From: Mobula birostris
Lineage: Eukaryota
NCBI RefSeq assembly: GCF_030028105.1
Contig: NC_092384.1
Coordinates: forward strand, 3,949,665 to 4,013,664
DNA: 64,000 nucleotides
Direction: 5' to 3'
Part shown: one piece after another, positions 13,127 to 26,159 of the stretch
Numbering within the stretch: position 1 is the stretch's first letter
Layout of the letters: each line of letters starts with the position of its first letter
The notes under the pieces: generated by a model
What the model was told of the DNA's origin: nothing
Database searches by the model: none
What the model saw: the letters and a program-made list of their open reading frames with translations, nothing else
Program-made: the position numbers and the translations under genes

Positions 13127-13822
13127 AATGTAGTTGTAATTAGGGATAGTATAGTTATGAGAATAGGTACAATACTCTGTCTCAGCTATGGAGAAAATTA
13201 CGCTCTGTGTTGTCTGCCTCGTGCCCAGTTTCAGGACATCTCATCTGACAGGCGGGGACCTTTGTACTGAGACGGCAACAATCCGGATGTTACAGTCCAT
13301 GTGAATTCCAATGATGTTGCAAGAATGAGCAAAGATTTTCTGCTAAGGGGATTTGACCCAAATTAGGGACTAAATTAAAATGTATAGCCAAAATTATAAT
13401 AAACACTGAATACTTCTTTGAGTTAGTGATAATTTGCACAGGGTAAATAATTTCTCAGAACTATATGCGTGGCTCAAACATTGGTATTTTCGAGTAGGTT
13501 TAAATTCCTGCGGTATTAGAACCAATACTTGAGAAGGAAGGAGCTTATTCGATGTGATAGGCTCCGCTTGAGCTATGTTGGGTCCAGGATCCTGTCGAAT
13601 CACATAAGTAGGTCTGTGGCTAGGGCGTTAAACTAGTGGTGTGTTTACTGGTGTGTTTCAAAGCTTTTTGAGAATTAGGGATCAAATTAAGGGGTTGGAG
13701 ACTGTGGAAGTCTACAGAATAATAAAAAAAAGAAAAAATGTTTAGGAAGGCATAAGAATTTAACTTCTAGTAGCACAGAGACAACATTGTAAAGACTGAT
13801 AAATACAGGGTGGAAGACTTTA

Positions 13823-15440
13823 CAGTGGTATGCAAAAGTCTGGGCACCCCTGGTCAAAATTTCTTTTACTGTGAATAGTTAAGTGAGTAGAAGATGAACT
13901 GATCTCCAAAAGTCATAAAGTTAAAGATCAAGACATTATATTCAAAATTTCAAGCAAGATTAGTGTATTATTTTTGTTTTGTACAATTTTAGAGTAAAAA
14001 AACGGAAAGGGGCACCATGCAAACGTTTGGCACCCCAAGAGATTTTAGTTCTTAGATAACATTTACCAAAGTCTCAGACCTTAATTAGCTTTTTAGGGCT
14101 ATGGCTTGTTTTCAGTCGTTGTTAGGAAAGCCCAGGTGATGCAAATTTCAAAGCTTTCAAAATACCCTAACTCCTGAAACCTTGTCTCAACAATCGGCAA
14201 CCATGGACTCCTCTACACAGCTGCCTAGCGCTCTGAAAATTAAAATAAATGATGTCCACAAAGCAGGAGAGGGCTATAAGAAGATAGCAAAGTGTTTTCA
14301 GGTAGTCGTTTCCTTAGTTCGTAATGCAATAAGAACTGGCAGTTAACAGGAACAGTGGAGGTCAAGTTCAGGTCTGGAAGACCAAGAAAACTTTCCGAGA
14401 TAACTGCTGGTAGGATTGCTAGAAAGGCAAATCTAAAACCCCATTTAACTGCAAAAAGCATTCAGGAATATTTAGCAGACTCTGGAGTGATGGTATACTG
14501 CTCTACTGTGCAGCGACACCTGCACAAATGTGACCTTCATGGAAGAGTTATCAGAAGAAAACCTTTCCTGCGTCCTTACCACAAAATTCAGCGTCAGAAG
14601 TTTGCAAAGGAACATCTAAAGAAGTCTAATGCATTTTGGAAACAAATGGACTGATGAAGTTAAAATAGAACTTTCTGGCCGCAATGAGCAAAGGTATATT
14701 TGCAGAAAAAAGAATGCAGAATTTCATGAAAGGAACTCCTCTCCAACTGTTAAGCACGGGGTGGTTTGATCATGCTTTGGGCTTGTGTTGCAGCCAGTGG
14801 CACGGGGAACATTTCACTGGTACAGTGAAAAATGAATTCTATTAAACACCAGCAAATTCTGGAAGCAAACATCACACCGTCTGTTAAAAAAAAGCTTAAG
14901 AGGAAAAGAGAATGGCTTCTACAACAGCATAATGATCCTAATCACACCTCAAAATCCACAATGGACTACCTCAAGAGGCGCAAGCTGAAGGTGTTACCAT
15001 GGCCTTCACAGTCCCCCGACCTAAACATCATTGAGAATCTGTGGACAGACCTCAAAAGAGCAGTGCATGCAAGACAGCCCAAGAATCTCACCGAACTAGA
15101 AGCCTTTTGCAAGGAAGAATGGGCGAAATTCCCCAAACAAGAATTGAAAGACTCTTAGCTGGCTACAGAAAGCGTTTACAAGCTGTGATACTTGCAAAAG
15201 GGGGTATTACTAAGTACTGAACATGCAGGGTGCCCAAACTTTTGCTTCAGGCCCTTTTCATTTTTTTTTGTTATTTTGAAACTGTAAAAGATGGAAATAA
15301 AAAGTAATTTGCTTAAAATATTAAAGAATGTTGTCATCTTTAACTTTATGCTTTTTGGAAATTCGGTCATCTTTTACTCGCTTAGCTATTCACAGTAACA
15401 GAAATTTTGACCGGGGTGCCCAAACTTTTGCATGCCTCTG
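13823..15440 (+). mobile_element. Tc1-like DNA transposon, full length (1618 bp), IR-DR type TIRs; transposase pseudogene 14203-15220
   Basis: TA flanks; TIR CAGTGGTATGCAAAAGT.../...ACTTTTGCATGCCTCTG with inner repeats near 14010 and 15225; GRPRKLS, WTDE, SPDLNIIENLW motifs; frameshifts; QQDN changed to QQHN. Confidence 0.92.
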
Positions 15441-15442
15441 TA

Positions 15443-16125
15443 TATCTGTATGGACTTGCTGGTGTCTTTGGTAACATGCCGAATCTCTTCAAACTCCTAA
15501 TCAAATATAGCCTCTGCCATGCCTTTTTTGTAACTGCATCGATATAGGACATAGAACATAGAATAGTAAAGCACAGTACTGGCCCTTCAGCCCACAATGT
15601 TGTGCCGACCCTCAAACCCTGCTTCCCATAAAAGCCCCCACTTTAGATTCCTCCATATACCCGTCTAGATATGATGTGGGCAGGATAATATCTCAAAGAT
15701 ATTGACACCCAGGAACTTGAAATTGCTCACCCTTTCAGCTCTGATCCTTCTTTGAGGACTGGTGTATGTTCCCTGGGCTTACCCTTTCTGAAGTCTGCAA
15801 CTAGTTCTTTGGTCTTACTAATGTTGAGTGCAAGGTTTCTGCTGTGACGCCACTCAACTAGCGGACATAGTTGTCTCCTTTACGCCTTCTCGTCAACGTC
15901 TCAAATTCTGCCAACAATAGTTGTGCTGTCAGAAAATTTATAGATGGGATTAGAGCTGTGCTTAGCCACATACTTATTGGTGTAGAGAGAGTAAGGTACA
16001 CATCCTTGATGTGCGCTAGTGTTCATTATTATCGATGTGGAGATGTGATTTCTGATCTGTACAGACTGTGGTCTTCCAGGAGGAAGTATGGAATCCAGTT
16101 GTAGAGGGAGGCACAGAGGCCCAGG
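15443..16125 (-). mobile_element. Rex1/Babar-like LINE RT fragments with a CR1 3' tail inserted (about 15547-15668)
   Basis: NTSAHQGCVPYSLYT...IYKFSDSTTIVGRI and KKAWQRLYLIRSLKRFG. Confidence 0.7.
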
Positions 16126-19075
16126 TGTCAATCCGCTTCTCTACCAGAGGATTTAGGTTCAGACCAAGGAAATAATTGTCAAACACAGTTTACTTAGAAG
16201 TACATACTGCTTATTAGCGAACTTGCGTCTCAGTCCGCCTCACAAAGCCAGGGAAAATCTGCAACCCAAGTGCGCCCCGAATACTGTGTGGAGCTGCTGT
16301 TAAACAATTCGTTATCACCTGCATACTTTGATAAGTGTAGACAGAGAAGTTTCCTCGTGCAGCAAACACTGCTCTGTTCATGCAATATTCTCAAAGCACG
16401 ACTTGTCCAGCTGCCAGTAAGTCAATGAGGAATTACCCTTGTTATTCTGCGTATAATTCCTCTCTCGCTCCTTTGTCATTCCATGACAACTAAGATGATC
16501 AATGTCAGGATTATTGTCCATCTTAAATTTCATATTCATGTAAGAAGGGTGCATAGTAACCCTTGGGATAAGCCAATGGGCTTTCCATGTCATCGTAGTC
16601 TCCATCCTCATCATTTGCACTTCGGTCTTCCTGAGGTCCCCCTTCCTTCCGGGGGACTGTTTGTAGAAATATCCCTGTGAGTGTAGGGCAAAAGCACCGG
16701 CTGACAAGGGGCCATAAACATAGGAAAAGTGCAATACGTATGAGTACTCCTGCGATGATGATAGCGTAATGTCGCATTATACCGCTCCATCCTGCGATGA
16801 TGATAGCGTAATGTCGCATTATACCGCTCCATCCTGTGATGATGATAGCGTAATGTCGCATTATACCGCTCCATCCTGCGATGATGCCACTGAAGGGCAA
16901 CAACCTCCTTTTAAGCTAAAGCCATGTAGGTCGACGCCGATTTTCCAGATTTTATTTTCCGCCTTTTGATCGTGAACGGAGAGATAGGTAATGTTTTCTG
17001 TTTCATCTGGGATGTTGGTGCAGCACTTTTGTCCTATAACGGCACATGCACCTCCTTTTCCAGCCAGAACAAAATCGAGGGCCTGTCGGTTCTATAAATC
17101 AGTCTGTTGTAGCACCATCATTTCAGCGGTGATGGCCGTCACCTGATCCTGGACGCCATCCATGGCCTTAGCGGTGCTATTGGCCATCTCCTCCAAAACT
17201 AGGGCCAGGTTGATGAATTCCCTTGACTAGCAAGCCGCCCTGTAGAAGGGGAAAGCTACCATCCAGAAGCGCTCTGATTGTGAGATTCCTCGCTTTTGCT
17301 GTAGGAGGGAAGGATGCTGGTCCAGGGTTTTCAGCATTCGCATGTGGGCTACAAGGTAAGCCAGGAAGCAGCATCCCATCCAATTTCTGCTCCCTTGTTG
17401 GGTGTCCCATCGGCTAGCTGTCTCTTCTGTGAGGCATAAGCAGACCCTATCCCCGCAAACCCATTGAGTTACTTTAAATGACGCAAGTGCTATTACCCAG
17501 AAAATAAGTCCCCTAACTTTGAAATTAGAGTACCAAATAGTATTCGCTGGTTAGTCAGATCTGACAATAATGGAGGGCCATATTGTCTGACCTCCCCATC
17601 GAATGGCTTTTTCCAGCAGGGGGTGGAGGGGGACGATTGTATAACCATCATCACAGTGTCCAATCACATCACTGGTGCAAGTTTAGGCCTTACTAGTCTG
17701 AGTGTCATTATAAAAGGACCAGAGTGACCGTTGTTCATTGCTGTTCAGCGTAATGGCTATTAGGGGAACACCTATCTACCCATGGGGAGGTATCGCTGCA
17801 CATACCCAACAGGTAGTTAAGTTTGTTTTCCCAGCATAACTATTGCAAAGCGACAGGAAGTTGTTTGGCTTGGATACAAGTGCTTAACATTACAAGTATA
17901 GACAGTAATAGTTCAGTCATGAATGTACACGTTTGACGCATCCTAGATATATCCATTTCAGAAGTCCTTGTAGCCTGACTGCCTTCGGAGAGGTGAGTAA
18001 CACTTGGTAGGGTCCTTTCCAGTGAGGTTCAAGCATCTTTCTAAGATGGTTCTTACGAGAACAAAGTCTTCTAGGCGAACTCGAAGTTCATTTTTCAGTT
18101 CCTGTCCTTCCGCATGGACCTCCTTCACTTGCGAATCCAAGACCTGGAGAGATTTGGTTCGTGCCAGGATATACCCTATAATTTCATTCGATATTTGATT
18201 CAAGTCCATCTCAGCTCATTTCGGGGTCAGAAAGACAGCCTTCCAGGGAGTTCTTAACGGTGTGCCATACACTATTTCGGCTCCTGGCAGACCATGTTTG
18301 ATCTGATAACGAGCTGTCATCTGAAACAAGACTATTGTTAGCACTTTGAACCAATTTTGACAGGTTTCATGCCCTAGTTGGGCCAATTTGTTTTTCAGCA
18401 TCCCTCTCGCCCTTTCAATCAGCCCGGCAGCCTACGGTCTGTGGGGGAAATGGAATGTCTGTTTAATACACAGAGCCTGGCACAGTTGGGTATTAATCTC
18501 ATCCACAAAATGAGGGCTATTTTCAGATACAACTTGCTCAGTTACCCCGAATCTGGGGACGATTTGCTTCAACAAACTATGCACCACGGTATCGGCTTTG
18601 CTATCTGTGGTGGGATATGCTTCAATGTATTTACTAAACACATCAAGAATTACAAGAATACTTATAACAGTTCACGCGCAATAATTGGATAAAATCGAGT
18701 TGTAGTTGGCACAAAGGGAATCTTGGCAACGGTGAATATCCTTTTGGGCATGGGATGTTTTTTCCTGGATTATGTTTTTGGCATATCAGACATTGTCTGG
18801 CAACATTATCTGCTACTTTCTCCGGATCCGGGCTCCACCATGATTCCAAACATTGTCTTACCATTCCCTACTTGTCAAGGTGAGTATTAGTATGTACAAA
18901 ATCTGCAATATAGCCCAGTATAGTTTCAGGTACGCAGACTTGATGGGCACGGGTAAGCCTGACGTCCTTGGTCGCTGAGTAAAAACATCCAGCCAATTCC
19001 CAGGTGGATTTCTCTTTTTCCGAGGCGTCCCTCTAAATCACGCAATTCAAGGTATCACTTTTGATTCGGAAAGGG
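16126..19075 (-). mobile_element. Endogenous retrovirus remnant (integrase - env - probable 3' LTR), gamma/epsilon-type env
   Basis: Integrase: CLICQKHNPGK, LQLDFIQL, SKYIEAYPT, RFGVTEQVVSEN (18216-18864). Env: CWVC (17800-17811), QQKR/GISQSERFWMVAFPF, ISD L*NRQALDFVLAGKGG, CX6CC (17020-17046), TM/cytoplasmic ORF 16523-16903. LTR about 16126-16457 is tentative. Confidence 0.88.
16749..16886 (-). repeat. 42-bp tandem repeat, 3 copies plus 12 bp, in ERV env (GWSGIMRHYAIIIA)
   Basis: Units start at 16749, 16791, 16833; one mismatch among them. Confidence 0.97.
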
Positions 19076-19464
19076 AGGTGCAGTTCTTCCCCAGCGATCC
19101 GTCACTTAGCAAACGATCAGTGCGCTGGTACGAGCAGCTTGTTTCGCAGCTGAGTTAGTATTGATCCACACTCTAAATTCATCCTCCTGACCTATAATAC
19201 GCCTAGCATTGAAATACACACACTTCAAACTATTGAACCCATCAAACAAGTTATTTCGATTTTGCCTTTTAGTACTTGCTCTGGCAGTTAACTTCCGGTC
19301 TGATGGTTCACTTACTGACCTGGTGGTCCGGTTCCCAGCTGACCCGCACCACTCCCGCACAGCAAAACAACTTTAATCCTGAACTGAGTAGCATTCATAG
19401 CATTCACAAATCTCCCGGCCAGTATATGGGTTCCCCTCCAGTTCGGGTTCACGTCAGGCCGCCG

Positions 19465-21230
19465 TCATGGCAAGCTTCTTGAACCGATCTTTTTGGTGTG
19501 CTCATCGTACGGAGTATCTTGGGCACCTGTAATTTGCCGCATTTCAAAGCCATCCTCAATATACTGTGTTAAGTTCAGGACTTGACCGCAGCAAGAGCGG
19601 CCTGGCCTGAACCCAGCTTGGTCTGGTGATGGAAGACCTTCGACTAAGGGGGATATGCTTTTCAGTATGAGTCGGTCGTAGAGTTTATAGAGGGTACAGA
19701 ACAAAGAAATCGGTGTATAGTTTTTCGGAATGTTGGGGTCTTTATTGGGTTTTAGGAGAGCAACAACTTTGGCTCTTCTCCATTTTTCGGTATATTTAAT
19801 GACCTTAGGCAACAGTTAAAAAGGGACGGAAGCCAGTGGAGTGCTTTAAGTCCAAGATGTTTAAAGAATTCATTAAGAATCCCATCTATGCCAGCAGCTT
19901 TGTTGGATTTTAGCTGTGATACTTCATCCTTTAATTCTTCTAGGGTGAGAGGTGGGAAGTTGTTATTCCCGTTTGACAGAGCTGACTCCATCTCTTGATG
20001 TTGCTTTTACTTTTGCCTCTATTCCTCGTTATTTGGTCGACCATTTACTATCAATTAGTGGACAACCTGATTGGGTGTTACGGCAGCAAATCTCTGCAGT
20101 GGTCTATTGTCTGAGTTGAGTTTCCGAACAGTTTACCATGCCTTCTTACTGTTCTTGGTCATATCTGCGTTTTCTATCAGTTCCTGCCAATGTTACTGTC
20201 TCTCTTCGCTTAGCAGGGAAGAACTGACCCTCCCATTTCAATTGTGTCCTGACCAAATGGATCTTGGTCGTATAAGTTGACATACTCATCATAACTTTGC
20301 TGGATATCACTAATCAATCTCTGAATATATTTGGTTCTGCAGCCTCTAGGTATGTGCTGCTTTGCTACTTTCCAGATTAGACGGACAAATTCATCCTAAT
20401 AATCAGGTTCTGTTGGTATGGCATCGATAAGTTGATCAAGGGATTCTGCGAAAGATATCCAATTCACTTTTGTCAGATTACATCTTGGTAAGTATTTTGA
20501 TGGTACAGGTCTCAGAACTGGAAGGGATTCTATCTAGACTGGACGGTGTTGGGATTTGGGTATATGTTGGAGGCTGTTCGTGAGAAGAGGTTGGAGCTTG
20601 CCGAGGTAACAAAGGCAAGGTCTGCGCTGTATCCTTTTCTCCATCTGACACTTGTGAAGGTAGTGGTGTCCTTTGATTTGTATGGTAGCTCAATGCTGTT
20701 GTTTACAGCCCATGATACAACTTGTTCTCCAATTGCATCGTCATCTGCATATCCCCAGTGGGTACTATGGCTATTAAAGTCACCAATAATGAGGTACATT
20801 TTGTTCTAGAGATCTAGATTAAGTGGCCACATGAATGGTTCGGGTGGGGGGGGGGGGGGTTGTAGACCGAGATTATATTTTTGCGTTTTGTTTCAACTTT
20901 CAGAACTTCCATTGAACCAGCTTGGATGTTTGCTGTGCTCATTAATATAGATTTCTCTTTAACAACGATTGCACTTCCATAAGTTTGGCTAAGGCTGTCA
21001 ATAGCCAAGTGCATTTAGAGACACATAGGGTTGGTTGTTTAGCCTATGAGTTTCTTGTATGCACAAGATGTCCAGTTTTAAGTTTGCCAGGATTTCTGCT
21101 TTACTGTGCTGAAGCCTTCGGTGTTGTGGCTAACCATTTTCATGATTTCCAGTGGGCAGAGGGTTTATCCTTTTACCACCCACTTGGTCTGGCGTGTAAT
21201 GTCAGGATTGGTCTCCTTTCGGATTAACAG
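19465..21230 (-). mobile_element. Vingi/Ingi-like non-LTR retrotransposon (APE endonuclease + RT N-half), internally deleted
   Basis: SHNTEGFS, DILCIQETH, IIGDFNSHSTHWGY, RWRKGYSADLAFV, KVVALLKPNKDP...QAGFRPGRSCCGQVLNLTQYIEDGFE; no ORF1 seen upstream. Clade assignment from motif recall. Confidence 0.65.
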
Positions 21231-21261
21231 GGTCACGTCGTGAACGTTTTTGACTCGACCC

Positions 21262-22410
21262 CGGCAGTGCTGTAAATCTAAATGTTTACTTGCAACAAGA
21301 AAGTGTTGCGAATTCGTGCATTAAGAGCTCTACTGTCAAAATAAAGGCAAACGTAACGATTTTGTTTATGGGAATTCACAATTCCGAGTACATACTAATG
21401 GAGGCATACCGCATCTCCGCGTGAAAATGCAAAGAAGCTGCTCATATGGGCCCACATTCGTGCTGCTTATTAAAGTTAAAACAGGTGAAGGAATTTTAAA
21501 CTGAAAGTTCTTAACACTGACCTGTAGTGATATGTTAACGCTGAGGAACTTGAAGCTGATTATTCTTTCTACAGCTGGCATTCCAATAAGGACTAACGAG
21601 TGTTCCCCGGAATTCTCTTTTTCTGAAACAAACAGTAACTTCCTTGATCAAGTTGATGTTGAGTGCAAGGTTTTTGTCCTGACCTCACTCAATCAGCCGA
21701 GATATCTTCTTCCAGTTCGGCTCCTCTTCGCCATCGCCATCCGAGATTGGCTTCTCCGTTTTACTTAGCCATATAAACTACCGTGTAAAGAGAGCAAAGC
21801 AATGATCAAAGCACTCATCTTTGAGGTGCGCCTGTGTTTACTCTCAGCAAGGAATCAGTTGATTAATTAATGGTCCGTTGACAAAGTGGGTTAAATTCTC
21901 TTTTGTATGCAGATGAGACATGATGTTTGATCTTCATCTGGATAGTTGCGTTAATTTGGGGTTCTCATATTTAACTGTCGTTTATTCTTAGGGACACTAC
22001 TCTGTTTTCGAGGATGGTTGTGAAGAGAAAGCATTTTAGGATGCATATCGTATACATTTCTCTGAAATTAAATTGGACCTTTGAAACTTTGACCTTTAAC
22101 TTCCCCGTAATTCTGTCTTCAATTGAATGTTTTGCCTGCTTTCCAGGTGCATATTTTAGATCACTTTGTAGAGGCCAAACATTTACATGTCCCATATGTC
22201 CGAAGGTTGGTTAGAGTCACTTCTGACATAACTCAATGCATCATAATACCACCTTCTTAAATATATTCAATTAATTATCCCATACAAATTACTAAGTAGC
22301 AACCACGGCAGAATATGGCGTGGTTTTCAATACCTTTGTAACATCTGCAAATGTAAACCTACCGATTTCTGCATGGAATAACGGTGAAGGATGGTCGTAC
22401 GCTGGGAACA
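21262..22410 (+). repeat. Old segmental duplication, copy A (paralog of 57548-58530)
   Basis: Colinear similarity through a decayed Rex-like fragment and adjacent unique DNA, roughly 70% identity by eye. Confidence 0.8.
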
Positions 22411-23989
22411 GTGAACAAAAAGGGCCATGAAATGAATGTAATCCGTGGTATTTTAAAATAAAGCGGTGGAAATGTATTTAAAACGCAGTAACGGAAAACC
22501 TCTCCTACGTATCTCTTTAATGCAAAATAACCATGTCCAAAATGGTAAACGTTGTCTTTCCCATATCTGTAGTCAAAAGCACTGATGGCGTGAAAACAGC
22601 TCATTATGGGGACACGAACATGGCCCAGTAAAATTTATTTCATGGCAGAGAAATACTTCAGGCTTTAGTTGGATGTGGGTATTTACTGTAAGTAAGACAC
22701 AGAGAAACTGTGCTTGTTCTTTTATTTATGCTTCTAGATTCCCTGTGACCCAGCATACAATTAACCTATTTGCTCCCTGTAGTGTCCTGATATAGAATCA
22801 TCCCTGCTTGCTGTCAAATATAAAGTCGACAGATATAGACTATTCAGACCAGTATTTTTGTTTAGTATGCTAATTTAAATCATATTCCCAAACAGTTCCT
22901 TTTCCAAAAATAAACTAATAGAACTCAGGAAGAATCTTCATTTCAAACGACAAATGATATAATGAACAAAATATCATCATATGCTGCAGTTCGCCCGAAA
23001 TGAAAGCTTGCCGACATGGCTTGTGCATTTCAAAGCATTAAAATGTAGATTGGAATTGATGTTTGGTGTGTTTAGGTTCCTGTTGCCAGACAATTAAAAG
23101 TGGCGCGTGCATGTTTGTCTTTCCGAAACATCATAAGTTTATTTTTTTTTTGTGTTGTTTCCTGATATTTCTGAATCTCCTAGGTCCTCTTAATCGCTAA
23201 GGTAGCTTTAGTATTAGAGAGCCAGTTTTCCGATATTATCTAAATATTTAGGCGTTTCATTCATCCAATGCAGGGAAGGAAAATAATGGATCTGTTGTTC
23301 CTTATAGTCTTCCGAATATTTCAATTACATATCTTCCTATTAGGAGCGAAGTTACTTTGCCAGAGGAGTAACGAACCAATCAGATCAAGTTGGTGACGGG
23401 GGGCAAATGTCCAGACATATTTACAAAGCATGCGATTGTTAATTTTTGGTTAAGAAAACCGATTTCTACTTTTAATTATCGGACAATTTTTTTCTAAAAT
23501 AAGTCAAAAACGCTATATATCCGTGTTACGATAATGCAGGACAATCTAAGCCGTTGAACAGAAATGAAACATTGCAGTTTTACATTCCGTTAAACTTACT
23601 GAGTGATTAACTGGCGAGCTGCCAAATGGCGCGATTCAGTTTGTAGCAGAAAACGAACGCAGATCTTCTTCAATGTCCTCTTCTTTGGTGAAATGCATTC
23701 ATCACTAAAAGATCACCTAGCCTATATCATTACCTTCGCTATGTTCCCAGTAACAGTAATCCACGTCCGCATACTCACCATCTGTATCCCCGAAGCAGAC
23801 TCCAACCGTTTTCTACCGCTTTCCATGACAGCATGAATTTCAATTTAATCCATGCAAAATGTGCTATATCCACTTTTATCAGAAAATTAGGAGAACAATG
23901 TTCTCACAATTTCCCTACATGGAAAGAATGACGCTCTCTCTCTCTTTCACGGTCGGTAATTTGCAGGGGTAATGCTAACACCTGCAGTC

Positions 23990-26130
23990 CAGAAGAAGGA
24001 TTTTCAGAATCGATTCAACGACTTAAACCTAATGGGGAGCGAGAATTCGAGGAGCAAATTTGTAAGGAGATAGCAGATCTGTAAGGAGATAGCAATTTTC
24101 CTGAGAATATTGGTTCCCATTTTATGCTCACAAGTGCCTTCCTAGTATCATGATATTTCCCTCTACCCCAATTTTTTTCCCAATTTTCCGCTGCTATCCC
24201 TCGCCCGCTCTCTAGTAACAGAGATACAGTTGTGACCACTACCTCCAAAATGCTCTCCCACTGAGTGATCTGGCACCTGACCAGATTCATTTCCCACTGC
24301 CAGATCCGTTCCAGCCGCTCCTCTAGTTGGCGTATCTACTTATTGTGTCAGGAAACCATCCTGAACACACCTAACAAATGCTACTTTATCTAAACCCACT
24401 GCTCTAAGGAGATGCCAGTTAGTATTCGGAAAGTTAAAATCTCCATTCACAACAATCCTATTATTATTGCACCAATCCAGAATTTGCCTCCCTATTTGCT
24501 CCTCGAAATCCATGTTACTACTGGTGGCGGAGGGGTGGGGCGGGCTGTAGGATACACCCACTAGAGTTATTGCCTCCTTTTTCATTTTGACTGCCGCCCA
24601 CACTGACTCAGTAGGTAATCCCTCCATGGCTTCTTGCTTTGCTGCAGGTGTGACACTAACCCCGATTAGCAATGCCATGTCCCCACCTCTTCTGACTCCC
24701 TCTGCCCTTTTTTTAGACATATAAAGCCTGGCACACACAGCAGGCCCTTCCTGCCCCTGAGATATCCAAGTCTCTGTAATGCCGATAACGTATTGATCCA
24801 CGCTCTACGTTCATCCGGCTTGTTTATGATACACCTTGTATATAAATAGACACATCCCAAACCTTCAGACTAAGTGTATTTTTGCTGTATCATCTGCCTA
24901 TCCTTTCTCATAAGCTCCCTACAAACTGTACGCCAATTTCCCATCCTCTTCCTCTTCACTTCGGTTCCCACCTCCTGCAAATTGAGTTTAAACCCTCCCC
25001 AATAGCATTAGCAAACTTCCCTGCCAAGATATTGGTCCTCTTCGGATTCAAGTGCAACGTGTCCTTTTTGTACAGGTCACACCTACTCCAGAAGAATTCG
25101 CAATGATACAGAAGTCTAAATCCCTACCCTCTTTTCCAATCCTTCAGCCACGCATTTTTCTGCCACCTCATGCTATTCATATACTCACTGTCGTGCGACA
25201 CAGGCAACAATCGCAAGATTGCTACCCTTGAGGTCCTGCTTCTCAGCTTTCTTCCTAGATCACTGTATTCTGCTTTCAGGATCCCTTCCCTTTTTATACC
25301 TATGTCATTATTACCAATATATACCATGACATCTGGCTGCTCACACTAGCATTTCAGGATATTGTGAGCACGTTCAGAAAGATCACGGACCCTGGCACCT
25401 CAGAGGCAAATTACCATCTGTGTTTCTTTCTCGCGCCCACAGAATCGCCTATCCGTCCCTGTAGCTGTAGAGTCCAATATTAGTTTGCCATTCGCTTCCA
25501 TCCCCTATTCTTCTGAGCTACAGAGCCAGACTCAATGTCAAAGGCAGGACCACTGTTACTTCTCCCCCAGTAGATTGTCACCACAACAGTACTCAAAATG
25601 GAGACCTTATTGTTAAGGTGGACGGCCACATGGGTGTTCCCCACTAAACTACACTGTCCCTTACCTCTCCTTTACAGTCACCCACCTATCTGTCATGTGG
25701 CCCCCGTGTAACCATCTGCCGGTAGCTCCTATCGATTACCCCTTCACTTTCCTTAACAAGCCGAAGGTCATCGAGCTGCAGCTCCAGTTCCCTAATCCCT
25801 ACTATAAAGACCTGCCTCTCTATGCACCTGGTACAGATGTGGCCCTCAGGCAGGCTGGAAGTCTTTCGCATATCCCACATCTGACACCCAGAGCAGAAAT
25901 TTGGCCTTGCAATCATACCCACTATTCTTATATTGCAGAAAAAAGAGATATGAAAGTAATGTAACTCTTTAGCTCGCCTAGGCCTGACCTGGCCCAAGCC
26001 CCGGTGTGCCAAAACCTTACTACTCCGCTTCACATTACTCCGTCGACCACTCCTCTAAGCACTGTTTTCCTTTTATCCAGGAACCTTCTAAGTGGCCTTG
26101 CACAGTGACGAGCTGCGGCGTCTGCGCACT
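23990..26130 (-). mobile_element. Degenerate CR1 LINE 5' half (ORF1 + endonuclease)
   Basis: CSGCQMWD...CTRCIE...RELELQLDDLRL, YVIGITETW, GDFNFPNTNW. Confidence 0.85.
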
Positions 26131-26159
26131 TTTCCCAATCGAACCTGCATTTGTAGCAT

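Noticed and set aside
16611-16969. Plus-strand repeat ORFs (MERYNATLRYHH..., MSHYTAPSCDDD...) and the repeat as a CRISPR-like array
   Set aside because: These are alternative frames of the 42-bp env tandem repeat; the units are contiguous with no spacers, in a vertebrate context.
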